From assembly GCA_050951805.1 (NCBI GenBank), contig JBMNJT010000002.1, positions 384,001 through 448,000 on the forward strand: DNA of 64,000 nt. The letters are read 5' to 3'. A model generated the notes under the pieces. The model ran no database searches and had not been told where the DNA came from. It saw nothing but the letters and a program-made list of their open reading frames with translations. The translations under genes were made by a program, and so were the position numbers. This stretch comes from Bacillota bacterium. Lineage in GTDB: Bacteria > Bacillota > DTU025. The first letter of the stretch is position 1, and every line of letters begins with the position of its first letter. Below are positions 42,923-52,213 of this stretch, in pieces.

Positions 42923-44128
42923 GTGACTGGGCCCGTGGTCAAACTGGGTGTGACGAAGCTCCTCGAAGAGCCGGAGAAGTATCTCGGCACGGCGAGAGTG
43001 GGCCTTGTGGCCAACTACAACGCGGTGGATGAGTATGCAACCCCGATAATCAGGCTCTTTGCCGAGTGCCCGAAGATAGAGTTCACCCGGATTTATGTGG
43101 CTGAGCATGGCTTGTGGGGCTGTGAACAGGCCGGGGTGAAGGTAGGACATATCGGTGATTTGCGAACCGGCGTAGATGTGGTCAGTCTGTACGGCGAAAC
43201 GGTGAAGCCGACTCCGCAAATGCTGGAAGATATCGATGTGTTGGTCTGCGACGGCAATGATATTGGATCGCGCTACTGGACTTGCCTTTCCACCACGGCA
43301 CTCTGTATTGAGGCGGCTGCCGAAGCGGGAAAGCAGATAATCGTGACGGACAGGCCCAATCCCATCGGCGGAATGGCTGTTGAAGGCAATCTTCTCGACA
43401 TCGAGTACCGCTCTTTTGTGGGGTACGATCGGATACCTATTCGCCATGGAATGACCCCGGGGGAACTGGCCGCGATGTACGTCGGCGGGGCAGGCCTTGA
43501 CGTGGATCTTCTCGTGATTCCCATGGATAACTGGGGAAGGGAGATGCTCTTCCCCGAAACCGGCCATTTTTGGACCGGCACGCCAAACATGCCCGGTTTT
43601 GAGACCGCCCTCGTGTACCCCGGAACCTGCTTGTTTGAGGGAACCACGCTTTCCGAAGGAAGGGGAACGACGAAGCCATTCAGGCTGATCGGAGCGCCCT
43701 GGCTCGATGCTATCGATCTTGCCGATAGACTCAACACCATGGAGCTTGGCGGCGTACGCTTTAGGCCGGCCCACTTCAGGCCGATGTTTTCAAAGCACAG
43801 CGGCGTGGAGTGTGCTGGGGTAGAGGTTTATGTGACAGATGCTTGGGAGCTTGATCCGGTTCGCTTGGGGGTTTCAATGCTGATAGCCGCAAGGGAGCAG
43901 AATCTGGACGCTTTTGGATGGTATGGTGCGGGAAGTCCGACCGGCTCTGCTGACCTGGCGCGCCCGTTCCCGGTCGAAGGGCGGCATCTGTTTATCGATC
44001 TTCTTGCAGGAGGCGCCGAGTTGAGAAGATGGATTGAGGAGGGCGCGACTTCTGATGAGATAATGGCCAGGTGGGAACGGGAGACAGCCGAGTTCATGGA
44101 TGCGCGGGAGCCATATCTCATTTATTAG
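42923..44128 (+). CDS. namZ: Exo-beta-N-acetylmuramidase NamZ family (DUF1343)
   Basis: EHG, SLYG, DIGSRY, DRPNP, RHGMT, YPG...EG...SEGRGT; RBS GGAGGGG before GTG 42923. Confidence 0.88.
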   Translation: MTGPVVKLGVTKLLEEPEKYLGTARVGLVANYNAVDEYATPIIRLFAECPKIEFTRIYVAEHGLWGCEQAGVKVGHIGDLRTGVDVVSLYGETVKPTPQMLEDIDVLVCDGNDIGSRYWTCLSTTALCIEAAAEAGKQIIVTDRPNPIGGMAVEGNLLDIEYRSFVGYDRIPIRHGMTPGELAAMYVGGAGLDVDLLVIPMDNWGREMLFPETGHFWTGTPNMPGFETALVYPGTCLFEGTTLSEGRGTTKPFRLIGAPWLDAIDLADRLNTMELGGVRFRPAHFRPMFSKHSGVECAGVEVYVTDAWELDPVRLGVSMLIAAREQNLDAFGWYGAGSPTGSADLARPFPVEGRHLFIDLLAGGAELRRWIEEGATSDEIMARWERETAEFMDAREPYLIY

Positions 44129-44349
44129 CAGTGGTAGAGCAAGTTCATGCTTTAGCCCCTAAACGCGCTGTTTGCCGCCTGCATGCGGCTGATTCTCTAA
44201 AGGATGGCTATACATGAAAAATGCCCCTCCAAGTCTAGTGCCGCGGAATATGTTTGGAACTAGATAGCACCCGATATTTCCCGCTCCCCTTGTCGCATCC
44301 CCAAGGTGAGGTATACGTGTGCGTCAGAACGTCTGACAGGCAATGCCGT

Positions 44350-45312
44350 TTACAAGAAGTTGCGAAGTGATTCGTAAAGTTCGTTGCAGAGAGTCTCAAC
44401 ATATTCCCGCCTTGCGATCACTGAAAGCCATTGACCCGGAATGCTTTCATACCCGTAATAAAGCCCTGCAAGCCCTCCGGCAACTGCAGCGACTGTGTCG
44501 GTATCTTCGCCTAGGTTTACTGCCTTCAGAACACACTCCCCGAAACTGCCTGTGTTGAGCAGACACCAAACGGCGGCTTCGAGCGTATCGACGACGTATC
44601 CGCTGCTTCTGATGTCGGCTTCATCCAGTCGATTGAAGCCTTCATGCGCAAGCCTTTCGTAGTGATGGAGCTCATGGGAAAATCGGGCTTGCACTATGTA
44701 GTATTGCATGGCCCTTCTGATCCCCGTTTCGACGTGTGTTTTGAGATCCTTCCCTTCCATGAGAGCTGAAGCGATAGATACATAGATGCCGCATGCGATC
44801 TGGCTGCGCTCGTGGGCATGGGTGAGGGCTGAAATGTTGTGGATGATGTCAAAAGCCTCATCTATGTCGTAAAAGCCAGGCCCATAGACAGAGCGTAGGT
44901 GAAATAGGATTGGAAGGATCCTCATTAGCGAGCCGTTTCCGTTGTCGCGTTCATCTGTACCTCCGCACTCCAAAGGGGTTGCTCCCCGGGAGAACTTGTA
45001 TAGGGCTTTTTTAGTCGTGTTCCCCGCATCAAAGGCCTTCCCGTATGGCGTATACGCCCCTTCATTGAGCCATGCGAGGAATCTCTCCATGATATCCCGA
45101 TAGTCCAATCCCCTGATGAGGCTGTCGGCAAGGCATAGCGTCATGCTTGTATCATCAGACCAAGTCCCGGCCGGCTGGTTATATGTGCCGTAGGCGCGCA
45201 TACCGACCACCGGGTTTTCCTTCAGAGTCTCTCTGTGAGTAAATTCCACGGGAACGCCCAGCGCATCGCCGACGCATAGTCCCATTACTCCTGCCAACAC
45301 ATGATTCGTCAT
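44350..45312 (-). CDS. ADP-ribosylglycohydrolase
   Basis: GDALG, WSDDT, NGNGSLMR, GEDTDT. Confidence 0.92.
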   Translation of the reverse strand: MTNHVLAGVMGLCVGDALGVPVEFTHRETLKENPVVGMRAYGTYNQPAGTWSDDTSMTLCLADSLIRGLDYRDIMERFLAWLNEGAYTPYGKAFDAGNTTKKALYKFSRGATPLECGGTDERDNGNGSLMRILPILFHLRSVYGPGFYDIDEAFDIIHNISALTHAHERSQIACGIYVSIASALMEGKDLKTHVETGIRRAMQYYIVQARFSHELHHYERLAHEGFNRLDEADIRSSGYVVDTLEAAVWCLLNTGSFGECVLKAVNLGEDTDTVAAVAGGLAGLYYGYESIPGQWLSVIARREYVETLCNELYESLRNFL

Positions 45313-45972
45313 GCATACACTCCTCATATACGTCAGTAGTCAAGCCGTCGCTTCTGTGCGAATCTCTCGAAGTTCGCCTCCCAGATGCGACTATGCCAAG
45401 CATCTACAGTTCAATTGAGCGATAATCCGTTTGGGCATAGATTCGTTGCGCCTGCGAGAGGCTCCTCTTAGGCCTGTTCCAAATCTTTGCGGCTTTGGAT
45501 TTCGATTGTCTCATGTGAAAGTGTAATTGAGATCTGATTGGTGGTGCAAGTTTGGAGCAGGATGGGGATGAATGAAAAAGAGGCCGCGTGGTCACGGAAG
45601 ATGTTCCTGAGCGGGACGTCGCTGTTAGGGCATATTTATCGATAAGCTTTGTGGCATTTCTGCAGGGGAGTGTGTAGATTTTACGAAAACAGATTATTCA
45701 GGGAGTCCTGGCGACGCCATTAAGAGGTAATGTGTGAGGGCTTTTTGGGTTTATATATGCAAAATGGAGTTTATGAGGCCAACATGTAGAAGAGGAGACA
45801 TAATCCGAAACTTGTATGGAAATGGGCAGCTCAACAATGCATTGCATAAATATGGTGGTATTATGAAGGCAAAACCAAAGGAGGAAAACCATATTCCGAC
45901 GTAGAATAAATATGGAACAACGAATATGGAGCGCGCTAAGGCCTGTTGACTATGGATACGGAGGTGAAACCC

Positions 45973-47103
45973 ATGGGCGACAGAGGCGCAAGAGGGGTAG
46001 TCGTAATCGTCATTGCTTTGATTGTGACAGCGGTATCTGCAATGAGGTTTGCGCCATTGGGCCCTGAAGAACTAGAGGCGTACCCATCGCCTTCAATCAG
46101 TCGTGTAGCTAAGCTATCTGAATATAACTCGGCACTTTTGGGCACTGCAGGAGATACTGAGGTATTGATCTATGAGGGCTCTCAGCCAGGCGGAACGATG
46201 CTTGTGGTTGGGGGAACTCATCCTGATGAGCCAGCGGGCACGGTTGCAGCTCTGATTCTGGCAGAGAACGTTGTCGTGGCGCAGGGCAAGCTGATTGTGA
46301 TACCTTATGCAAATGCTTCAGGCTTTACCCACAACCTTCCTCAGGAGGGACATCCCCCATACTACACCCTATCTACCCCGGGTGGCGATCGAATCATGAA
46401 ATATGGTTCGCGTTTAACGAATCCCGTCCACCAATGGCCTGATCCCACGGTCTATGTTGAAAAGGTATCCTATCAGAAACTTGCCGGGACCGAGGCACGC
46501 AATCTCAACAGGGCTTACCCCGGCGAAGAAAACGGCTCGCTGACGGAACGCGTGGCATATGCCATCACCCGGCTCATCATCGATGAAGAGATAGATGTCT
46601 CCATCGACCTCCACGAATCATCTCCCGAGTATCCTGTGAACAATGCTGTTGTTGCCCACGAGCGGGCGTTTGACCTGGCAGCTATTGCTACTCTCGATTT
46701 GGAAATGGAAGGCGTGCAGATCAACGTCGAGCCGTCTCCACCCAACCTGAGGGGGCTTTCGCACAGGGAATGGGGAGATAATACCGATACGTTGGCGCTG
46801 CTGTTTGAATCACCTAACCCCGTCCAAGGCAGACTGAGGGGAGTAACAGATGCTGATTTGATCGTTGACGGGGTGGATCCTATGTACGTGAAGGCATCTG
46901 AGCGAGGACGTTTGTATGTGCCATATACAAGTGAAGGAACTCCGCTTGCAATGAGGGCGGGCAGGCACCTTGCGTCAGTGCAAGCTATTGCAGCGGCCTA
47001 TTCCATGATGGCGCCTGACAGAGCCATTGTTATGGAGGGGTTGCCGTCGTATGGCGAGATAGTTGCAAATGGCGCAGGAGCCTATCTGAACCCAAGCAGA
47101 TAA
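45973..47103 (+). CDS. Secreted or membrane-anchored M14-type Zn deacylase (AstE/AspA family)
   Basis: N-terminal TM; GGTHPDE, RNLNR, DLHE; RBS GGAGGTG. Confidence 0.85.
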   Translation: MGDRGARGVVVIVIALIVTAVSAMRFAPLGPEELEAYPSPSISRVAKLSEYNSALLGTAGDTEVLIYEGSQPGGTMLVVGGTHPDEPAGTVAALILAENVVVAQGKLIVIPYANASGFTHNLPQEGHPPYYTLSTPGGDRIMKYGSRLTNPVHQWPDPTVYVEKVSYQKLAGTEARNLNRAYPGEENGSLTERVAYAITRLIIDEEIDVSIDLHESSPEYPVNNAVVAHERAFDLAAIATLDLEMEGVQINVEPSPPNLRGLSHREWGDNTDTLALLFESPNPVQGRLRGVTDADLIVDGVDPMYVKASERGRLYVPYTSEGTPLAMRAGRHLASVQAIAAAYSMMAPDRAIVMEGLPSYGEIVANGAGAYLNPSR

Positions 47104-47123
47104 AGAAGGAAGGAGAACAACAC

Positions 47124-47699
47124 ATGGATAGGAGAATGAGCAATCTTCGTTTTGCGGCTGTAGTTGTTATCGCGGCACTCGTGCTGACTCCTGTACTTGC
47201 AGTTGCTGCGCCCAAACCCGGCAAACCGGCGCTAATAACATCTGCAGGGCAGAGCACTGACGGTCTGATTCTGAAAACAGTTATGACCGACAAGGCTACA
47301 GGCGAGACAATTCCTTTCGAGAAACTTGCAAAGCCCGAAGATCTCAAAGGAATTCGAACTCTGATTGTGTCAGTCGGCCTAAGCAGCAAGGGCCTTGGGG
47401 CCGCAGGGATCAATGTCGATCAGGAGAAGGCTAGAGTCCGTTCGATTCTTGATGCGGCTAAGAAGAACGACATATTCGTGATTATGGTGCACATAGGTGG
47501 CACCGCTCGTCGTGGCGCAGGGTCTGACGAATTCGCAACACTAGTTGCCGATTATGCACACCACATTTTCGTGGTCCGGGCGGGAAACGATGACGGATTC
47601 TTCACCCGGTTAGCGCAGAAAAACAAGATTCCCCTGACAGAAGTGGATGACAGGATTGCCATGGGGCCCGCAATCATGAAACTGCTTAACACCAAGTAA
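47124..47699 (+). CDS. Secreted DUF6305-family protein
   Basis: Signal peptide; ITSAGQS, SSKGLGAAGI, HIGG..RRG..SD motifs. Confidence 0.75.
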   Translation: MDRRMSNLRFAAVVVIAALVLTPVLAVAAPKPGKPALITSAGQSTDGLILKTVMTDKATGETIPFEKLAKPEDLKGIRTLIVSVGLSSKGLGAAGINVDQEKARVRSILDAAKKNDIFVIMVHIGGTARRGAGSDEFATLVADYAHHIFVVRAGNDDGFFTRLAQKNKIPLTEVDDRIAMGPAIMKLLNTK

Positions 47700-47728
47700 C
47701 ATGAGAGCATGTGTCTGGAGGGTATTAG

Positions 47729-48772
47729 ATGCGCAGAATGAGTAGGACGGTCTGTGCAGTTTTCGCGGCGGCTCTGGTGATGGCAGTGGCTGTAGCGCCT
47801 GCTCTGGCTGAGCCGATAATTCACGATGTGAGGCCTGGATATGGGGTTACGGGAATCGGATGGATTTCCGATTACCACGCCCCGTTGCGCGGTTCTGCTG
47901 TGGATACCCGTGTATACTATCTGGACAGCAAAGTGGAAGGGCCCACGACCCTTGTGTTGGGAGGAACTCATTCCAACGAGATTGCCGGGATCATGGCTGC
48001 CACATTGCTCGTGGAGAGGGCGGTGGTTACTACCGGAAGACTCATAGTAGTCCCATACGCCAACGCATCCGGGGCAAGCTATGCAGATACATATCATCCC
48101 GAGATCGGTTATTACAGCTTGACTACAGAGAGTGGAGTTCGTGTTTTCAGGTATGGAGATCGCCTCACAAACCCGGAGCACCAGGGACCCGATGCTGACA
48201 AGTACATTCACTATCCGTCGGGTCAGGAGTTTCCCGGTTATGAAGCGCGCAACCTTGACAGGGCCCATCCGGGCAAGGCTGACGGCAACCTCACCCAGCA
48301 GCTTGCATACGCTTACCACCAGTTGTTGCTTGAGGAAAAGGTAGATGTGGCTTTCGACCTACATGAAGCCGGCCCCACGTCTCGACTGGCGAACATGGTT
48401 GTGGCAAACCCCAAGAATATTGATTTCGCGGTGATGGCCATAGTCGATCTGGAGATGCAGGGAATTGTGATGAATGTGGAGCATTCGTCCGACACTTTTC
48501 ACGGTCTTTCCCACAGGGAGTGGGGAGACACTACTCCTGCTGCTTCGTATTTGATCGAAACGCCTAACCCTGCCCAAGCCTCCAATGCCATCAACCCTGA
48601 TGTGGTAAATGACAAGGTTAATCCCTTGTCCCGCAGAACTGCTACACACCTTGCTACGATAGATGCAGTGCTCAATGCACACGAGCTCCTTGACGGCAAG
48701 CGCACGCGGTGGGTTGGACTGCCTTCTTATGAGGAATTGGTTTCGGACGGACTCGAAGAATATCTGAGATAG
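47729..48772 (+). CDS. Second secreted M14-type Zn deacylase (paralog of 45973)
   Basis: Signal peptide; GGTHSNE, RNLDR, DLHE; GLSHREWGD shared with the first copy. Confidence 0.85.
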   Translation: MRRMSRTVCAVFAAALVMAVAVAPALAEPIIHDVRPGYGVTGIGWISDYHAPLRGSAVDTRVYYLDSKVEGPTTLVLGGTHSNEIAGIMAATLLVERAVVTTGRLIVVPYANASGASYADTYHPEIGYYSLTTESGVRVFRYGDRLTNPEHQGPDADKYIHYPSGQEFPGYEARNLDRAHPGKADGNLTQQLAYAYHQLLLEEKVDVAFDLHEAGPTSRLANMVVANPKNIDFAVMAIVDLEMQGIVMNVEHSSDTFHGLSHREWGDTTPAASYLIETPNPAQASNAINPDVVNDKVNPLSRRTATHLATIDAVLNAHELLDGKRTRWVGLPSYEELVSDGLEEYLR

Positions 48773-48800
48773 ACCTGAATTAAGAAGGAGGGCACAGACT

Positions 48801-50522
48801 ATGTTCAGACCTGATTCCAGGAAACGCATTTTTGCAATAGTGGCACTGCTTGCGTTGGTTATGGTTATGACTGGTGTGGCAGGGGCGGAGCTGCCACAGG
48901 AAGTCCGCGCGCCAAACGGTATGGTTGCTGCGGCGCACCAGTTGGCGGCCGAAGCCGGAGTTGAAATCCTCAAAGCTGGTGGAAACGCTGTTGATGCTGG
49001 AGTTGCCACTGCGTTCGCAGTCGGAGTAGTGGAGCCCAACGCATCAGGCTTAGGCGGCGAGGGCATGATCGTAATCTATCTTCCTGAGGGAGACAGGGCC
49101 GTTGTGATCGACTACAGGTCGACGGCGCCTGCGGCTGCGGCTGAAGCCCTGGCAGACAGCAAAATGCCAGGGACGGGCTGGCCGTCAGTGGCCACCCCCG
49201 GGCTCGTTGCGGGCTTGGCTTCGGCTCTGGAGCAGTATGGGACAATGACGCTTGAGCAGGTATTGCAGCCTGCAATTAGGCTGGCTGAAGAGGGATTCCC
49301 TATTGGCGCAACCCTCGCCGGCGTCATTGAAGACCGATACGAGGCCGTACTGAATGACCCTGAGCTTGCTGCGACATTCCTTGACGACGGTCTGCCTCCG
49401 CAGGAGGGCTGGATTCTGAAAAACCCCGGTCTCGCGTCATCGCTCAAGAAGATCGCTGCAGAAGGCCCCGACGCATTCTATCGCGGGGAGATTGCGCAGG
49501 CGATCGATGCTGCCAGCCGAGCGGGCGGCGGCTACATCACCGCTGAAGACTTGGCAAATTACAAGGCCGTAACGAGATGGCCTGCACGAGGCAACTACAG
49601 AGGATACGAGGTGTTCTCTGCGCCGCCACCGGTAGGAGGCGCAACCTTGATTGAAGTTCTGAATATTGTGGAGAACTTCGATCTCAGCGCAGCTCCGTTC
49701 CCGAACGCCCAGGCGATTCACTACCTTGCGGAGTCAATAAAGCCTGCGTTCCGTGATTACCGTGCATACGTGCATGATCCTGATTTCGTGTATGTGCCTT
49801 TGCAGGAGATGCTCTCTAAGGATTATGCAAAGGAGCGCGCTTCCAAGGTCAACCCCGATAAGATGACCCCAGCTGGCAAGATTCAGGCTGGCGAATTTGC
49901 CAAGAAGGCTGCTCTGGCTCCAACTGGCACCGAAGGCGCCAAATACGAATCACCGTCAACAACTCACATTTCAGTAATTGACAAAGACCGAAACATGGTG
50001 GCGATCACCCAGACTATCAGCTCATTCTTCGGAGCAGGCGTAATGATTGAGGGCACTGGTGTGATTCTCAACAACGAGATGGCCAACTTCTCAACTGACA
50101 AGACCAGTGGCAACTACATTGCTCCCAACAAGAGGATGAGGACTTCGATCGCTCCAACGCTCGTGCTGCGCGAGGGAGAGCCCTTCCTGAGCATCGGAAC
50201 TCCGGGCGCCGGAAGGATCGTGCCTACAATGGCGCAGCTGCTGGTCAACATAATCGACTTCGACATGGGGCTGCAAGAGGCCATAAATGCACCCAGATTC
50301 TATGCGCGAGAGGGTTCTGACGTGTTCGAATACGAACCCCGCTTCCCTGAAGAGGTCATTGATGATCTGAAGAAGATGGGTTATCCCATCGACGAGAAGT
50401 CGGTACGAGGTGAATACGATCTGTATTTCGGAGGCGCTCAGGGCGTCATGGTCGACCCCAACACCGGCGAACTGATTGGAGCTGCTGACCCAAGGCGGGA
50501 TGGCGCTGCTGTAGGTTACTGA
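48801..50522 (+). CDS. ggt: Secreted gamma-glutamyltransferase-family Ntn hydrolase (CapD-like variant)
   Basis: GGNAVDA, SGLGG, TTH nucleophile site, GAADPRRDG; signal peptide. Confidence 0.9.
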   Translation: MFRPDSRKRIFAIVALLALVMVMTGVAGAELPQEVRAPNGMVAAAHQLAAEAGVEILKAGGNAVDAGVATAFAVGVVEPNASGLGGEGMIVIYLPEGDRAVVIDYRSTAPAAAAEALADSKMPGTGWPSVATPGLVAGLASALEQYGTMTLEQVLQPAIRLAEEGFPIGATLAGVIEDRYEAVLNDPELAATFLDDGLPPQEGWILKNPGLASSLKKIAAEGPDAFYRGEIAQAIDAASRAGGGYITAEDLANYKAVTRWPARGNYRGYEVFSAPPPVGGATLIEVLNIVENFDLSAAPFPNAQAIHYLAESIKPAFRDYRAYVHDPDFVYVPLQEMLSKDYAKERASKVNPDKMTPAGKIQAGEFAKKAALAPTGTEGAKYESPSTTHISVIDKDRNMVAITQTISSFFGAGVMIEGTGVILNNEMANFSTDKTSGNYIAPNKRMRTSIAPTLVLREGEPFLSIGTPGAGRIVPTMAQLLVNIIDFDMGLQEAINAPRFYAREGSDVFEYEPRFPEEVIDDLKKMGYPIDEKSVRGEYDLYFGGAQGVMVDPNTGELIGAADPRRDGAAVGY

Positions 50523-50546
50523 GGACATAAGGAAGCAAACAAAACC

Positions 50547-50585
50547 GGGCGCGGCGGTCGGGACGCCGAACGTCGCGCCTTTTTC
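50547..50585 (+). terminator. Intrinsic terminator-like hairpin inside the operon
   Basis: GGGCGCGGCG...CGTCGCGCCT followed by a T-run. Confidence 0.55.
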
Positions 50586-50593
50586 ATGGAAGA

Positions 50594-51889
50594 GTGATGC
50601 TAATGTGGGCTCAGCTCATTACATTTGTCTGCATGCTAGGCACGTTTTTGCTGTTTGCTGCAGCGCTCAAGCTGCCTCCAGCCCTGGCTACAGCGGGCGC
50701 CGCTGTAGTGGGCCTTGCTGTTTCGGGCAACATAGGGTCCTTGTATCATCTGATTGAAGGGGCTTTCGGCTACTTCGATGTGATTCTGATTATCGCCATG
50801 GCAATGGTGTTCATGGCCGCGCTCGAGGCAGCAGGAATCCTGGAAGAGATCTCCTACAGAATCACCAGACAGCTCGGCAACAAGCCTCTGTTGCTCTCTT
50901 TGGCGTCCATGGTCTTGGTGATGCTTCCGGGCATGCTGACCGGTTCATCCACAGCCGCCGCTATGACCACAGGAAGGTTTGTCTTGCCTGTGCTCGTCAA
51001 TGCTGGCATTGCTCCGGCTCGGGCAGGCGCATTTGTCGCTCTCGGCAGCATAATCGGGATGATTGCGCCTCCTGTGAACGTGCCGGTGATGATTATCGGG
51101 TCGGGAATAGACATGCCCTACGTGGGCTTCGACATCCCGTTGTTGCTCCTTTCCGTGCCCGCCGCGATAGCTGTCTCAATATGGGTGGTGGCAGGGATTA
51201 ACAAGGAGCCGTCAGGCGACAAGCTAGAACCGGGACAGGCCGCGCCGGCAGGCGCCAGTGAACGCATTCCCGGTTTCAAAGTTTACATTCCCATTATCGC
51301 ACTTTTGGCGATGATGCTCGCGGTTAGGCTGTCAAAGGGCTCCATACCCGATCCGGGCATCCCATTCATGTTCGCCGCAGGGGCGCTGCTTGCCATGGTT
51401 TGCGGAAGGCCGATCAAGCTCTGGGACACAATAGTCGATGGAATTGGCATGGCGATGCCTGTTATGGGCGTGCTTGTTGGCGCGGGCATGTTCGTTCAGG
51501 TGATGACTGTGACAGGCGTCAGAGGGTTGCTTGTAACATCCGCCTTGGATATACCGATAGCGTGGATATTCGTAGTGGCTGCACTGGCCCTACCGCTTTT
51601 CGGGGCGATCTCCGCCTATGCGTCATCTTCCGTTATGGGCGTGCCGATTCTCCTCGCGCTCCTTGGCAACGACGAGATAGTCACAGCTGCGGCTCTTTCA
51701 ATGCTGGCTGCGATAGGCGATCTGCTGCCGCCCATCGCAATAGTGCCCAGCCTCATATCCCAATCATCTGGAGAAGGGCCCGATTTCCGATCTGAATTGC
51801 TGAGGCAGGCAGCGGTGCCTATATTCTGTCTCGTGCTCTGGGCCTTTGCGGTGCTCAGATGGGCCCCTGCCATAGGCAGACTGTTGTAG
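50594..51889 (+). CDS. DctM/TRAP-large-subunit-like ion transporter superfamily permease
   Basis: About 12 hydrophobic segments; PGMLTGSS, GMIAPPVN, GDLLPP. Confidence 0.75.
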   Translation: MMLMWAQLITFVCMLGTFLLFAAALKLPPALATAGAAVVGLAVSGNIGSLYHLIEGAFGYFDVILIIAMAMVFMAALEAAGILEEISYRITRQLGNKPLLLSLASMVLVMLPGMLTGSSTAAAMTTGRFVLPVLVNAGIAPARAGAFVALGSIIGMIAPPVNVPVMIIGSGIDMPYVGFDIPLLLLSVPAAIAVSIWVVAGINKEPSGDKLEPGQAAPAGASERIPGFKVYIPIIALLAMMLAVRLSKGSIPDPGIPFMFAAGALLAMVCGRPIKLWDTIVDGIGMAMPVMGVLVGAGMFVQVMTVTGVRGLLVTSALDIPIAWIFVVAALALPLFGAISAYASSSVMGVPILLALLGNDEIVTAAALSMLAAIGDLLPPIAIVPSLISQSSGEGPDFRSELLRQAAVPIFCLVLWAFAVLRWAPAIGRLL

Positions 51890-51927
51890 CTTAGGCGGAA
51901 CGCGATGCTAGAGGAGGAAACGATAGA

Positions 51928-52104
51928 ATGACCTACTTCAAACTGGCAACAGCAAGTTGGCTCACGCCGATATATCTTCTCATGTTGGCGGTGACGGTTG
52001 TGGCTGTTGCAGTCAACATACTGCGGGAAGAGAAACTATCATCGCAGATAGTCGGCGGCATGGTGCTGATCCCTCTCGTGCTCCGTCTGCTTTTGGTGAA
52101 GTGA
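51928..52104 (+). CDS. Small 58-aa two-TM membrane protein, absent from the ORF track
   Basis: RBS GAGGAGG; MTYFKLATASWLTPIYLLMLAVTVVAVAVNILREEKLSSQIVGGMVLIPLVLRLLLVK*; last gene of the operon. Confidence 0.7.
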   Translation: MTYFKLATASWLTPIYLLMLAVTVVAVAVNILREEKLSSQIVGGMVLIPLVLRLLLVK

Positions 52105-52213
52105 GCGCGAGGATTTCGGAGGAGTGCAAGATTAACGTCCATCCCTCTACTGTATCCCCGAAGGGAAGAACCCGCGTTCGGCCGTGTGAAGGCGCGGCGC
52201 GGGTTCTTGATGT

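Noticed and set aside
31704-43774. Long antisense ORFs (e.g. 31704-32489, 39931-40761, 42719-43774)
   Set aside because: They are shadows of well-supported + strand genes with biased codon usage and carry no motifs.
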